A DNA stretch of 64,000 nucleotides from Octopus bimaculoides (Eukaryota), in assembly GCF_001194135.2 (NCBI RefSeq), contig NC_069001.1, positions 33,969,553 to 34,033,552 of the forward strand, read 5' to 3'. A program made the position numbers and the translations under genes. Below are positions 1 through 11,955 of this stretch, piece after piece; positions within the stretch are counted from its first letter, which is position 1; each line of letters starts with the position of its first letter. The notes below the pieces were generated by a model. That model searched no databases and was not told the origin of the DNA. It saw only the letters and a program-made list of their open reading frames with translations.

Positions 1-209
1 GGCCTTTTAGGGTGACCTTTATACTAGCTCCTAGTGCATGTGCGATCATTTTCTTTACCTGGTGGATATTAGTGGGGGTCCGTATGGCTCTGGTCCATCC
101 ACTCCATCTCTCTATAGGGGTCTTCCTAGCCATAGAGGTAATTGTGGGTGGTCTACCTCTTAGACGTCTACTAGGGCAGAAATCTCTAAGGTCGTATCTA
201 TCTAGATAT

Positions 210-703
210 GCATGAGCACTGAGCTGGTATTAATTTACAGCAGAGTAGACTAGACAACATGAATGAAGTGTTCTGCTGAAAAGACACAATGTACCATCCC
301 GCCCAGGAAGTGAGCCCTCGACCTATTCATCATGAAGTCAATATCCAAATCATAAGGCCACATATATATATATATATACATTTATATATATATATACATT
401 CATATATATATTTATATATATATATATACATTCATATATATATATACATTCATATATATATTTATATATATATATACATACATATATATATATATATACA
501 TATATATATTTATATAAACGGAAGTCATGTGGATGTACACAGTCAATATATTAGATTAACACTCAGTGAAAGTTTTAGAAGGGTAAGACTTGCAGTAAGT
601 GCCATGCTTACATAATTGTTTTAGATACCTATGTAACCAGGGTAGACATAGACACCTTCTTGACTCTCCTATCTTTGACTCAACAGAACACATCAAGAAT
701 GTA

Positions 704-748
<45 letters not shown>

Positions 749-913
749 CAGAGAGAGAGGCATGAGCACTGAGCTGGTATTAATTTACAGCAGAGTAGAC
801 TAGACAACATGAATGAAGTGTTCTGCTGAAAAGACACAATGTACCATCCCGCCCAGGAAGTGAGCCCTCGACCTATTCATCATGAAGTCAATATCCAAAT
901 CATAAGGCCACAT
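210..913. repeat. 154-bp exact direct duplication (210-363 = 760-913)
   Basis: Identical text from gcatgagcactgagctgg to cataaggccacat at an offset of 550 bp; the ORF track shows the same peptide start twice. Confidence 0.95.
687..700 (+). CDS. candidate 14-nt micro-exon, unknown gene
   Basis: atctttgactcaacag|AACACATCAAGAAT|gtaaga; splice signals only, no homology recognised. Confidence 0.15.
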
Positions 914-920
914 GCCTTCT

Positions 921-968
921 TGAACACCTTAGCCAATCTAATATTGAACACCTTAGCCAGTCTAATAT
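921..968. repeat. 24-bp tandem duplication
   Basis: tgaacaccttagcca(a/g)tctaatat occurs twice back to back. Confidence 0.9.
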
Positions 969-1209
969 TGCTGACTAATGAAACATTTGCTTATTACATA
1001 GTTCTGTTGCAGCTTCCAGTACCTGTTTTACGGGTGAGTAAACTGAGCCAATAACAGCCATAGTACCAGTGAAATGATAAACTTTAAACCCTGACAGACT
1101 GACACACAGCAATATTTACTTATGATTATATTTGTGAAAAATTGTTGGGAAAAGTATAAGTAGGAGTAAAAGATACTTCTGTTTCAGCAAGAGATTACAT
1201 CTGTGTGTG

Positions 1210-1250
<41 letters not shown>

Positions 1251-1621
1251 ATGTTTTCTGTTTAGTAGAGCTATGCAATTAAGGACAAGTGTCTGAAACG
1301 TTGGACATTTCACTCCTCCTTGCAAATTATCTCACTTTTATTCCTCTTCTATCAACTTTTATATATTTAATAGATGGGTTGCATAATCAAGCAAGTCTAG
1401 CTATTCACACATACCTGTAATAAGTTATTGATGAGACTTCAGCTGTAGGTTAACACAGTCTTCATCCTTCTCAAGTCAATAAATTGGACAACACTATTGT
1501 TGGAGTGTAAAGCAGATGGATTAGTGAAAGTAACGAGAGTTTGAAATTTTAATGTGACGTTTGATTGGTTTAGAGCTTGAAGTTTGACATACACTAGACA
1601 TATTATTGACTGTATTCTCAG

Positions 1622-1702
1622 GTCATGGAAAGGAGACCTATTGTGATGCAATTTTGCTGCTTTATAAGGACTTAATTTTTTATTTATTAGATGTTGGAAA
1701 TT
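1622..1702 (+). CDS. candidate exon (81 nt from the 1622 acceptor, or 12 nt from the 1691 acceptor), unknown gene
   Basis: Strong donor ATT|gtaagt at 1703. Acceptors are ctgtattctcag|1622 (only open frame HGKETYCDAILLLYKDLIFYLLDVGN, phase 1-1) or ttttttatttattag|1691. Confidence 0.25.
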
Positions 1703-2497
1703 GTAAGTTATTCATTTGTGGGAAATGCAATCACTTAAGCTATGTATCATTTAGAATTTCAGGGAATTTTGTATTTGAGATTTTGTTGTCTTGTGAATTT
1801 TGTATCTATCATTCAATGCTAAATTGTCATTACAGGATTATAGCATTTGATGCCTCGTGTGAGGCTGTTGCGAATTTAGACAGAAAATGAAGTTTATTTG
1901 TTGGTGTGCATTGATGGAGATGTCAGCCACAATAAACTTAGTCTTTTGAGAAATGATAAATAGGTTAATACATACAAAGACGAATAGTCAATAATGAGGA
2001 TTGTGCACGTGTGTGCCTTGAATGTCTCTCTCTCTGTCTCTCTCTCTCATATACATACAAACACATATTGTGCATGTGTTCTGCATGTTTGCATGTCTTT
2101 TTGTCTCTCACACATCCACTCACAGTCAAGCATATACACTCACACATACACACACACACACATCAGGCATTTGTGTTCTGCATGCATGTCTCTCACTCTC
2201 TCTATCTCATATATCTATATGTGTGTGTGGTCATTTCTAAGCAGTTCCTTGTCTGCTCTGGTGAAAACACTGAAAGTTTTAAACCAGCTGAGCATCCGGC
2301 AGCATCAAAAAGTATTCATAAATTAAGCAGGGAAAAATTATCACATAACAGTTTATTTACTGTCAGAATTAAATTTGAATATAGGTATATAGATGTACAA
2401 TAAAACATTCCTGCTTTTACAGTATTTATTCCCACAATAATTCACAATTCAGAAAGCAATTACTCTCAACATCTCAGCATTTACTTTTCCAATATTT

Positions 2498-2529
<32 letters not shown>

Positions 2530-2615
2530 CACTGAAGCACATTTTTGTGTTTGCCAATTCATTAACCATTTTAAAGTTGATGCTTCCTGGCCCCTCATTT
2601 CTCTTATTCTCACAG

Positions 2616-2695
2616 CAAACAGTAAATATATTGGTTGGCTGAAAGGTATTTATAACAATCCCCGCTATGCTAATGTCATAGCCAAGAAACCTTGA
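2616..2695 (+). CDS. candidate exon (30 nt to donor at 2646, or terminal exon NSKYIGWLKGIYNNPRYANVIAKKP*), unknown gene
   Basis: Excellent acceptor ctcatttctcttattctcacag; one long open frame (phase 1); internal donor AAG|gtattt; AATAAA about 80 nt downstream of the stop. Confidence 0.3.
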
Positions 2696-3240
2696 AACGG
2701 AAACCGAAGAAAGCTGACTGAAATGGGCTATAATTCACTCTCTTGATATTTCTCTGGGGACTTGTGTTTTGGGAGAAATAAATATTCCTTGCACTTAATT
2801 AACGAATAGGTCTACCGAAAATTGCTGGGTCAGAGACAAAATGTCAGCCTGTTTGGGCTTTGCAGATGGCAATATGTATTGCTAAGGGTTATCTCGTGGG
2901 ACGGTGGGGGTTGGAGAGGTGTTAAGTTGATAATAAAGACAATTCCCTTCTTCACATTTTATTTTCCCCTAAAGATAATTTTAAATCAATTGACCAATCA
3001 GCCTAATTGACAGGCCAATTAATATAATCAATTTATCAATATATATTTCCATAATGATACTAAAAGTAATCAGTTTTTAATTCACTAAGCAAAGTGCTGG
3101 AATCTTCCTGTCTCCTATTCTCTCCCTCAATAACGTATTAAATCATATATGATTTAATGGTAATTTATATATAAATTATAAATTACCATTCTCTTTCTCT
3201 CACATCTGCCTGGCTACTTCACATGAATTTTCAACTGCAG

Positions 3241-3263
3241 ACTCAGTAGATGATATTGTTATG
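3241..3263 (+). CDS. candidate 23-nt exon (D)SVDDIVM
   Basis: gaattttcaactgcag|ACTCAGTAGATGATATTGTTATG|gtaaca; phase 1-0, compatible with 2616-2645. Confidence 0.2.
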
Positions 3264-3421
3264 GTAACAACAAGTGAAGTTATATATTTGCCCATGTGAC
3301 CACTGTCATGAAACAATGATACTACTCGATCAAAGAATAGTAAAATAGCTGGGGTTTTTTAAACTACCATTATTACTTTTTTTATTATTATTTGCCTTTC
3401 AACCTTTCAGGGTCAATACCT

Positions 3422-3459
<38 letters not shown>

Positions 3460-3579
3460 TGGATGTGTGAGAGACAAAAAGACATGAAAACATGCAGAAC
3501 ACATACCAGTCTTGTATTGGGGTCAATATAATCAACTAAGCCCCTTCCTCCAAAATATTTCAGGTTTGTGCCTATAGAA

Positions 3580-3882
3580 CAGGGGTTCTTCTTATCTATG
3601 GACCCCTTTGATTACTATTTTATTCTGGTGGACCCTGTAGCCATTCGATGTTTAAAAACTAGTTTTATAGAAACTTCTTTCAAAATTCCTATTTTGCTTT
3701 TAACACATTAACTTGTGGAGGTTGAATTATTTAAAATGTCAGAGAAAGAAACCTAGCTGTTTCTTGCAATTTTTTTTTCAGGGGCCTGTAAAATAGTATT
3801 GCAGATATTGTGGAACTCCAATTTGCTATTTTGTTTGGTGGACCTCCAAAAGTCTTTCATGGACCCCGGTTGGGAACAACTG
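3580..3882. mobile_element. hAT-type MITE inserted into a SINE tail
   Basis: Imperfect TIRs caggggttct / gggaacaactg; 8-bp TSD ctatagaa (3572-3579) / ctatagta (3883-3890). Removing it restores tgtgcctatagtagaaagg, matching the SINE tail near 11935. Confidence 0.8.
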
Positions 3883-3959
3883 CTATAGTAGAAAGGATTA
3901 TTATGATTAGTAAGGCAGTAAGCTGGCAGAATCGTTAGCACACCAGACAAATTGCTCAG

Positions 3960-4240
3960 CAATATTTCTTCCAGCTTTATGGTTCCATGCAAAAAACACC
4001 TGCGCTGGTGCCATGCACAATGCACCAGTTCTGGTGTCACATATAAAGCACTGGTGCCACGTAAAAAAGCACCCAGCACACTCTTAAAAGTAATTGGCAT
4101 TAGGAAGGGCATCCGGCCATAGAAAGCAGGCCAAAACAAGCAACTGGAGCCTGCTGCACCTCGCAGGCTTTGCAGCTCCTGTCAAACTGTCCAAACCATG
4201 CCAGCATGGAAAGCAGATATCAAATGATGATGATGATGAT
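3960..4240 (-). mobile_element. RTE-LINE 3' tail fragment (family C), inverted
   Basis: Reverse complement of the catcatcat...ttccatgctggcatgg...ggatgcccttcc repeat; ends in (GAT)n. Confidence 0.75.
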
Positions 4241-4455
4241 GATAATACTTTTTCCTTTATAAGTGAATGAAATAAAATTGAACACTCAACAAAAAAGATT
4301 TTGGATAGAATTTAAATTTCCAGCTGACACACACCCTTTAACATCACATATCCTACTCTAGCATGAGTGTTACATATTCCTATGCATTCTTCACTATAAC
4401 AACCGACTCCTCATAAGAAATTACTTTATTCATATACAAGTGCACTATCAACTAG

Positions 4456-4488
4456 GTTCGGCGTCAGAGTGCATCTGAAGTGTTATGA
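4456..4488 (+). CDS. candidate terminal exon VRRQSASEVL*
   Basis: actatcaactag|GTT CGG CGT CAG AGT GCA TCT GAA GTG TTA TGA; locally CpG-retaining; phase 0, compatible with 3263. Confidence 0.15.
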   Translation, partial: VRRQSASEVL

Positions 4489-4952
4489 ATATCTATCCTC
4501 ATGCTAAAGGAATACTCAGAAACACTACCATAAATTTCTCTTGAGATGAAGCTTTTAAAAGTGTAAATTAAGTATTCACTTCTCTAACATGGCGTTACTG
4601 TTTTTAAAGTACCTTCTGTCATGGCTCATTCATGTAAATATAAATGGACCAGCAACTACAATTACTATCTAGAATTTCTTTATTTTCGCAAGTAAAATAC
4701 CTTAATGTTACTTAGCACTTTTATGCTTACATCTGCTTGGAGCATTTGTAATGGTTTCTTTGTCTTAGTATTCCAGGTGAAATTCAATTGGCAATCAATT
4801 TAACCCTTTTAATGCTGCATTTCCAACATTCTAGTCTCTGAAACAGTCATACGGTTCAGAATAACTATGACTGGTAATTCAAAAAACAAAAATAAATAAG
4901 GGTATTTTTTTACTCAACTGTTGTTAGTTCCAGACCAGCCCTTATTGTGCAG

Positions 4953-4986
<34 letters not shown>

Positions 4987-5014
4987 ATATATATATATAT
5001 ATACATGCACACAT

Positions 5015-5110
5015 ATACTCCATTTTTCCCGACTGTCAGACTAACACATTTGTTTGTTGTTCCTGTACCTGTCTTCGTCTTTGTTTTTCGATAAATTTGA
5101 ACTATATATA
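5015..5110 (+). mobile_element. partial copy of the 25285-25460 repeat (3' part, no ribozyme core)
   Basis: ttcccgactgtcagactaacaca...acctgtcttcgtct aligns with ttcccgagcgtcatactaatata...acctgtcctcgtct. Confidence 0.65.
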
Positions 5111-5140
5111 TANNNNNNNNNNTATATATATATATATAAA

Positions 5141-5361
5141 CACAAGGGTATGTTGAAAAGTTCCTGGATTTGGGTAAAAGAAAATCCAGGAGGATCAGTT
5201 AATTATGATTTTTATCCAACATATTCCCCTCTCAGATTCACACACTTATTGCAGTGGTCCTTCAGTTTTTCTAAGCCCTGTAAAAGAACTTGGAAGGTTG
5301 GACCTCCAACCAGGCCTTTTGCAATGTCTTTAAAGCCAGGAATTTTGCAGCACCCATTGTA
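5141..5361. mobile_element. mariner/Tc1-type MITE
   Basis: About 30-bp TIRs cacaagggtatgttgaaaagttcctggattt / aaagccaggaattttgcagcacccattgta. Confidence 0.75.
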
Positions 5362-5369
5362 CATATCTG

Positions 5370-5610
5370 TGTGTGTGTATGTATGTGTGTGCGTATGTCT
5401 TTGTGTCTGTGTTGGTCCCCCACCACTACTTGCCAACCGATGTTGGTGTGTTTCCATCCCTGTAACTTAGCAGTTCAGCAAAAGAGATTGATAGAATAAG
5501 TACCAGGCTTTAAAAAGAAAAAAAAATGTTCTGTATCTCATTCATTCAACTAAAATTTCTTCAAGACAGTGCCCCAGCATGGCCGCAGACTGAAACAAAG
5601 TAAATGATAA
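5370..5610 (+). mobile_element. SINE family A, 3' half
   Basis: (GT)n then ccactacttgccaaccgatgttggtgtg...gaataagtaccaggc...cagcatggccgcag...gaaacaa, as at 27650-27850. Confidence 0.8.
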
Positions 5611-6261
5611 CGATGAAAAATGCTGTTTGTAAAGGTTTGAGCCTAGTACCTTAACTACTTGACCCTTGCACCTCTTTCCAGATATTATTTACAGCCATGG
5701 TAGTATGTTGTTTGTAATGTCTAGTGTTGATGGTTCATATTTCTGAAATCAGAACTTGTGGACATCTATTTTGGTAGTTTACCCCTTAGTAGGGTTCATG
5801 AATAATATATTAGCCAGTCAGATTCTGATATAAACTTAGAATAAACTCCCCTCTTTGTTGCAGAAAAAAAAAAACAATGAAATTTTTTGCATAAATAAAA
5901 CAAACAAATATAAACCTTTACATTTCAAATGCAGCATTTATTTTTAAGTGTGAAATGGCTATTAACTTTATACAAGAGGGTTAGCTTCTGATTAAAAATA
6001 GATTTCTTAACCCATGGGAAATGAATTCATTAATGTCAGTGTAACTATTGATTCCTAGTTCTTTGGCTCGTGTTTGTATTTCTCTCTTTCGGTTCCTTTG
6101 TCTTTGTTTATTTCTGTCTGCTGCCTGTCTCTTGTAGAAATATACATTTATAGCACTTATAGCTGTCTGACTATTTATTCATACTGAAGAATATCTACAC
6201 ATATAGACATGTTTACTTACAGGTATATACACACATGCATATATATATATATATATATATA

Positions 6262-6480
6262 TTCTTTTATTTGTCTCAGTCATTTGACTGCAGCCATGCT
6301 AGAGCACTGCCTTTAGTCGAGCAAATCGACCTTAAGGCTTAATTTTCATAAGCCTAGTACTTATTCTATTGGTCCCTTTTGCTGAACTGCTAAGTTATGG
6401 GGACATAAACACACAAGTATCGGTTGTCAAGCCATGGTGTCAGGACAAACACACACACAGACATATACCCACACATACAA
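6262..6480 (-). mobile_element. SINE family A, 3' half, inverted
   Basis: ttcttttatttgtctcagtcatttgactgcagccatgctagagcac...agcctagtacttattctattgg is the reverse complement of the family A tail. Confidence 0.8.
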
Positions 6481-6485
6481 ACATT

Positions 6486-6547
<62 letters not shown>

Positions 6548-7002
6548 NNNNNNNNNNNNNNNNNNNNNNNNNNNNNNNNNNNNNNNNNNNNNNNNNNNNN
6601 NNNNNNNNNNNNNNNNNNNNNNNNNNNNNNNNNNNNNNNNNNNNNNNNNNNNNNNNNNNNNNNNNNNNNNNNNNNNNNNNNNNNNNNNNNNNNNNNNNNN
6701 NNNNNNNNNNNNNNNNNNNNNNNNNNNNNNNNNNNNNNNNNNNNNNNNNNNNNNNNNNNNNNNNNNNNNNNNNNNNNNNNNNNNNNNNNNNNNNNNNNNN
6801 NNNNNNNNNNNNNNNNNNNNNNNNNNNNNNNNNNNNNNNNNNNNNNNNNNNNNNNNNNNNNNNNNNNNNNNNNNNNNNNNNNNNNNNNNNNNNNNNNNNN
6901 NNNNNNNNNNNNNNNNNNNNNNNNNNNNNNNNNNNNNNNNNNNNNNNNNNNNNNNNNNNNNNNNNNNNNNNNNNNNAGCCACTTCTGCACCTATATATAT
7001 AC

Positions 7003-7057
<55 letters not shown>

Positions 7058-7058
7058 G

Positions 7059-7325
7059 CATCATCATCATCATCATCATTGTTGTTTAACATCTGCTTTC
7101 CATGCTGGCTTGGGTTGGATGGTTTGACGGAGAACTTCCAAGCCAGGTGGCTGCACCAGGCTACAATCTGATTTGGCAAGGTTTCTACAGCTAGATGCCC
7201 TTCATAACGTCAACCACTCCGACAGTGTAGTTGGTGCTTTTACATGTCACTGGCACAGGGGCCCAGTCAGGTGACATTGGCATCGGCCATGCTTGACTGG
7301 TGCTTTTTACATGTCGCCAGCATGG
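7059..7325 (-). mobile_element. RTE-LINE 3' tail fragment (family C)
   Basis: (CAT)n-gttgtttaacatctgctttccatgctggc...gatgcccttc...; same block that terminates the RTE at 43389. Confidence 0.8.
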
Positions 7326-8299
7326 GTACGTATGTATAATATATATATACAGATATACATACAGTATATATGAAGGTGTGTATATCTTACCAGTACATGT
7401 CAGGTTTCAGTAAACTGGGTGATTGGTAAACTCAAATTGGCCTTCATTTTATTCTGATTGATAAACATTGCCAATGTGAAAGCTAAAGGCACAACTATAA
7501 GGAACTAAGGACTTTAGCAAAAAAAAAAAAAAAAAAAAAAGGCATTGGCCAGTAATAAATGATGGAGATATTAACAACATGAAAGATAGCATTTTCAGAA
7601 ACAAAATAATAGCAACGCAATTAAATGAAAGTGATGGCCACAACAGGAACAATGTCAATACCAAAAGTAACGGATGAAAAAAAAAAAAAAATAACAGTTG
7701 CAACAAAAGCCATAACAATAATTGTAATTGAACAGCAAGAACAATAACGAGAACAACAGAAAAATATAATCAAAACTGGAACTGGTATAAATATAAACAA
7801 TAGCTATAACAAAAATCAAAGCATTTATAACAAGAACTCAATAGAAACAACATGAACAAGTGAACAATAACAGGGTCCAAAGGAGAGAATGTAAAAGGAA
7901 AACATTCATTAGGACTGAAGTGTTAGATCAAAAACTTCAGGTTAAACTAATGGTTAATAATGTAAAGTTGGTCTTAACATATTTAATATTGTGAGCCAAA
8001 AAGTTTTTTTTTTTATTAATTCAACCCATTTGTGACCCTATTTTCAATAAAATGCACTACTTGTGTGGTTCAATTAATTTAAAAAAAAAAAAAGTGAATG
8101 AAAGATAATTGAGAAAGAGACAAGAAAAGAAGGTGCAAGAAACATAAAAAAGTGAAATACAAAGGATAAAGAGACATGTGAAAAGCTTTTGTATACACTG
8201 CATAACCTGAAAAATTTCTTATTTCTCAAAATTTTATCCAAATTTTCTGCTCTTTTATAAAATAGATCTTAATCACTTTCACAGAATCCTATTTCTGTT

Positions 8300-8850
8300 T
8301 CTTAGCTGGGAAGGGTTCTAAAAGCATACATCAATAAAGAAATAAATTTGCTGAGTGCTTCGCTTCCAACACAAATTTCTATATATGTACATCACAAATT
8401 TCCTTTTGAACTCATTACTTTGAACACACCCGTATCATCTCCATGTGCACACAGTTGCCAAATCCATAGACCTCAGTCAAACAAACTGACTAATCCTGAC
8501 AACATTCCTTATATCACAATCAGCTTCTCTTCTGGTCCTCATCCTCAACAAACTCTTTTAACTTCTACTTTTCTCAGTATCTGCTACAATTTCGAGAAAA
8601 GAGAAATCAACAACAACATTGTGTTCCATCCAAAGTGACAACTTCTCTGACCTTGCCATTCAATAACTTGACCTTGTCATTCCCAATAACTCAAAAGTGA
8701 TTCATTTAATAATAGACAACTTTCTCTTTTAGCTCTATGAGTTCCTTCTCTAATTATTGATCACTAGTACAAGTTTCCAAATTGAAAGAAGGAGAGAGAC
8801 TGCCATTCGAGACCTAATTTTCCATAACACACTCCTATAGTTACTTACCC
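8300..8850 (+). mobile_element. decayed LINE reverse transcriptase remnant (Jockey/CR1-like)
   Basis: Broken frames resemble K-x-x-GPDNIP (NKLTNPDNIP) and the V-x-P-x-x-K-x-D region (IVFHPK*); many stops and frameshifts. Confidence 0.5.
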
Positions 8851-9077
8851 TTAAGAATTTTTGTGAAAACCATGTGGTTGCCCTTACCATTAACAAAGCC
8901 CTGAACTGTATAAAACCTCATATCAGGTTAATCATTTGTTATGTTCACCTATCTTATTATATCTTAGATTCAAAATTTTCCTTTGTCTTGCGAGAGCTTT
9001 GTTCTCTAATCTGTAAACTTAGATTTGCTTCAGTGTTCAAGTATTTGACTCTTTATTAACAAATACTTCAATGTTAT

Positions 9078-9470
9078 TTGTTGTTGTTGTTGGCACTCCG
9101 TCTCTTACAACGTCGAGGGTTCCAGTTGATCCGATCAATGGAACAGCCTGCTTGTGAAATTAACGTGCAAGTGGCTGAGCACTCCACAGACACGTGTACC
9201 CTTAACGTAGTTCTCGGGGATATTCAGTGTGACACAGTGTGACAAGACTGACCCTTTGAATTACAGGCACAACAGAAACAAGAAGTAAGAATGAGAGAAA
9301 GTTGTGGTGAAAGAGTACAGCAGGGTTTGCCACCATCCCCTGCCAGAGCCTCGTGGAGCTTTAGGTGTTTTCGCTCAATAAACACTCACAACGCCCGGTC
9401 TGGGAATCGAAACCGCGATCCTATGACCGCGAGTCCGCTGCCCTAACCACTGGGCCATTGCACCTCCACA
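9078..9470 (-). mobile_element. tRNA-derived SINE, near full length, CpG-rich (young)
   Basis: Reverse complement starts gtggaggtgcaatggcccagtggttagggcagcggactcgcggtcataggatcgcggtttcgattccc (A and B boxes); ends in (CAA)n. Confidence 0.85.
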
Positions 9471-9499
9471 TTCACTGTTATTACTTCACTGTTATCTAA

Positions 9500-9915
9500 A
9501 GTATTTGGTACAGTGTCTCACTTGCCTGATATCTTTTATCTTTTACGTTTCAGTCACTAAACTGTGGCCATGCTGGGGCACTGCCTTGAACTTTTAGTCG
9601 AATGAATTGACCCCAGTACTTATTTTTTAAGCCTGATACTTATGTTGTTGGTCTCTTTTACCAAACTACTAAGTAACAGGGACACAAACACACTAACACC
9701 GGTTGTTAAGCAGTGATGGGAGACAAACACAGATACAATGACAAGCATACATAGACATTTATATACTTATATACATACAATGGGCTTCTTTCAGTTTCTG
9801 TCTACTAAATTCACTCACAAGGCTTTGGTCGGCCTGAGGCAATAGCAGAAGACATTTGCCCAAGGTGCCATGCAGTGAGACTGAACTTGGAACCATGTGG
9901 TTGGAAAGTGAACTT
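9500..9915 (-). mobile_element. SINE family A, inverted
   Basis: Reverse complement of the ggctgtg...ggttcagtcccactg...gccttgtgagtg...aaactgaaagaagccc head and of the tail. Confidence 0.8.
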
Positions 9916-10759
9916 CTTATCGCACAGCCATGCCTGTGCCTATGGTATCTTGCCTAACACTTTGTGGATTCCTGCTCATTTAGAACTGAGAGCCTCTCTT
10001 TCTCATTCTGTAAATGTTTTCTCCACAAATATTGACCTGCTTAATTTCAATGACTGCAGGCAACATCCTTCTTTTTAATGTTGATGTTGTTTATAGAAAT
10101 ATAATATTAATAATAATAAAAAATGGTGGAAGAGGAAGAGATGAGATAAAGAGGAAAGAGGGTATGAGATATAATGGAAAAAAAATTAGATGAGAGTGAA
10201 AGAGTAAGGGCAGCAAAGAGGGATAAGTGACTTGTAAGAAAGAGGGGTAGACAAAAAGACATATTATGTGAAAGAAGGAGAGAGAGAAGTTGAGAGAAAG
10301 ATGAATTGAGAAAGAGAAATACATGTTGAGAGAGAAAAATGCTGAGAAAAAGATGATGAGAAAGATATATGCCAGAGAAAGATATGAAAGAGATATGAAA
10401 AATAATTGAAAGAAAATTTTCAAAAATGGTATTAAAGAAAGGAAAGAACCAGGAAGTTATCTCTTTTGTAATTTGTAAATGTTGAATTTTACAATGAGCC
10501 TCTCTTATATCATTTGTGTTTTCCATTCTCTCTGGCATTGTTTTCCAGGAAAGAAACAGAAGAAGTAATGCGTTATTCATATCATGAGAAGTTCTGATGT
10601 ATGTATATGTGTGTTAAAGATATTCAGGAAATTGTTACCTCTGTTGGTAGCTGAGGGTTTGCCTTTCTCTATTACAAAAAAAAAAAAACAAACAAAACTG
10701 AACAAAATCTCACATGACAAGACATGTATAAGCAGTGTGTTGCTGTGTAACAACAAAGA

Positions 10760-10945
10760 CATGTAGAATGGCAGCTGTGAGAGAGCAGTGAGCCGAGCAC
10801 TATCTGTTGGATGAGTAATGTTAGACTGAGCATGAGTCAGCTGAGAAAGTGACTTGGCATTAAAGACAATGGCTTTAGTATGATGGACAGACTAAATGTA
10901 CTGGTGTGGATACAGCATGATCACAGTTGTGTGATACCAGAATCA
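10760..10945 (+). mobile_element. decayed RTE LINE C-terminal remnant
   Basis: Broken translation LSMSQLRK*LGIKD...RL..W resembles the LRxxLGI...RLRWYGHV region of RTE ORFs. Confidence 0.4.
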
Positions 10946-10959
10946 ATCTCATCGTGTGG

Positions 10960-11955
10960 GATCATGTTTTGAGTTCAAATTCTGCTGAGGTTGACATTGC
11001 CTTCTACCCTTTTGGGGTTGATGTAATCAACTTACCCCCTCCCTCGAAATTGCTGGCCTTGTGCCAAAATTTGAAATCATTATTACCTCCACCTTAGTGA
11101 AGGCAGAGGTATTGCTTTCAGTCGTGTTTGTTTGTCCATGGACAAGATACCTCAAGAACTGCTGGATGGATTCAGATGAAACTTTCAGGTATGTTTGGAC
11201 TCGTAACTGACATGAACTGATTAGATTTTGGGATTGATCTGGTACCGGACAAGGATTCTGGAATATTTATCCATTTTTTTTTTTACTTAATTTTTGAGAG
11301 CGGTTGGGTTCATTTTTAGTATTCTTATTTATGAGAGCAGTCGAGTTTATTTCAGACATTCTCATTTAAAAAATCATCTCTTGCTAATTGTTGAGAGGAC
11401 GTTGGTGTTGCCTTGGCAGAGGTTTGCACTCTCTGAGTGCCCTTGTTATTATTATTGAAGGCCGCAAGCTGGCAGAATGCTTAGTGGTGTTTTGTCTGTC
11501 TTTATGTTCCGAGTTCAAATTCTGCTGAGGTTGACATTGCCTTCCATCCTTTCAGGGTTGATAGGTACCATTTGAACACTGAGATCGATGTAATTGATTT
11601 ACCCACTCATCCAGAATTGCTGGCCTTGTGTCAAAATTGAAAACCATTGTTATCATCAGCATTACAAGTTGGCAGAACTGTGAGTGTACCAGAGAAACTG
11701 CAGTGGACGTGCAAACTTCAATATGTGTCTTTGTAAAAGGCAGTGAGTCAGCAGAATTGTCTGCATGCCACACAGAATGGTTACTGGCATTTCTTCCAGC
11801 TTTCCATTCTAAGTTCAAATTCTGCGGAAGATGATTTTGCTGTTCATCTTTCTGGGTTGATAAGATGAAGTACCAGTTGAGTACTGGGTCGATATAATAG
11901 ATTAGCCCCCTTCCACAAAATTTCAAGCTCTGTGCCTGTAGTAGAAAGGATTATT
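10960..11955 (+). mobile_element. cluster of three SINE family D copies (Deu/Nin-domain-like core)
   Basis: Repeated gagttcaaattctgc...gccttc(c/t)atccttt(c)(a/g)gggttgat...gtacca core at about 10970, 11515 and 11810; tails end in (ATT)n. Confidence 0.75.
11080..11450 (+). mobile_element. non-autonomous Helentron-type element (HINE / DINE-1-like)
   Basis: 5' tattacctccaccttagtgaaggcagaggt palindrome; 3' sub-terminal inverted repeat ccttggcagaggt followed by stem-loop gcactc-tct-gagtgc; inserted in a T-rich site. Confidence 0.7.

Noticed and set aside
7449-10580. Hydrophobic membrane-like ORFs at 7449-7718 and 10091-10580
   Set aside because: Reverse complements of AAC-rich and GA-rich low-complexity DNA.
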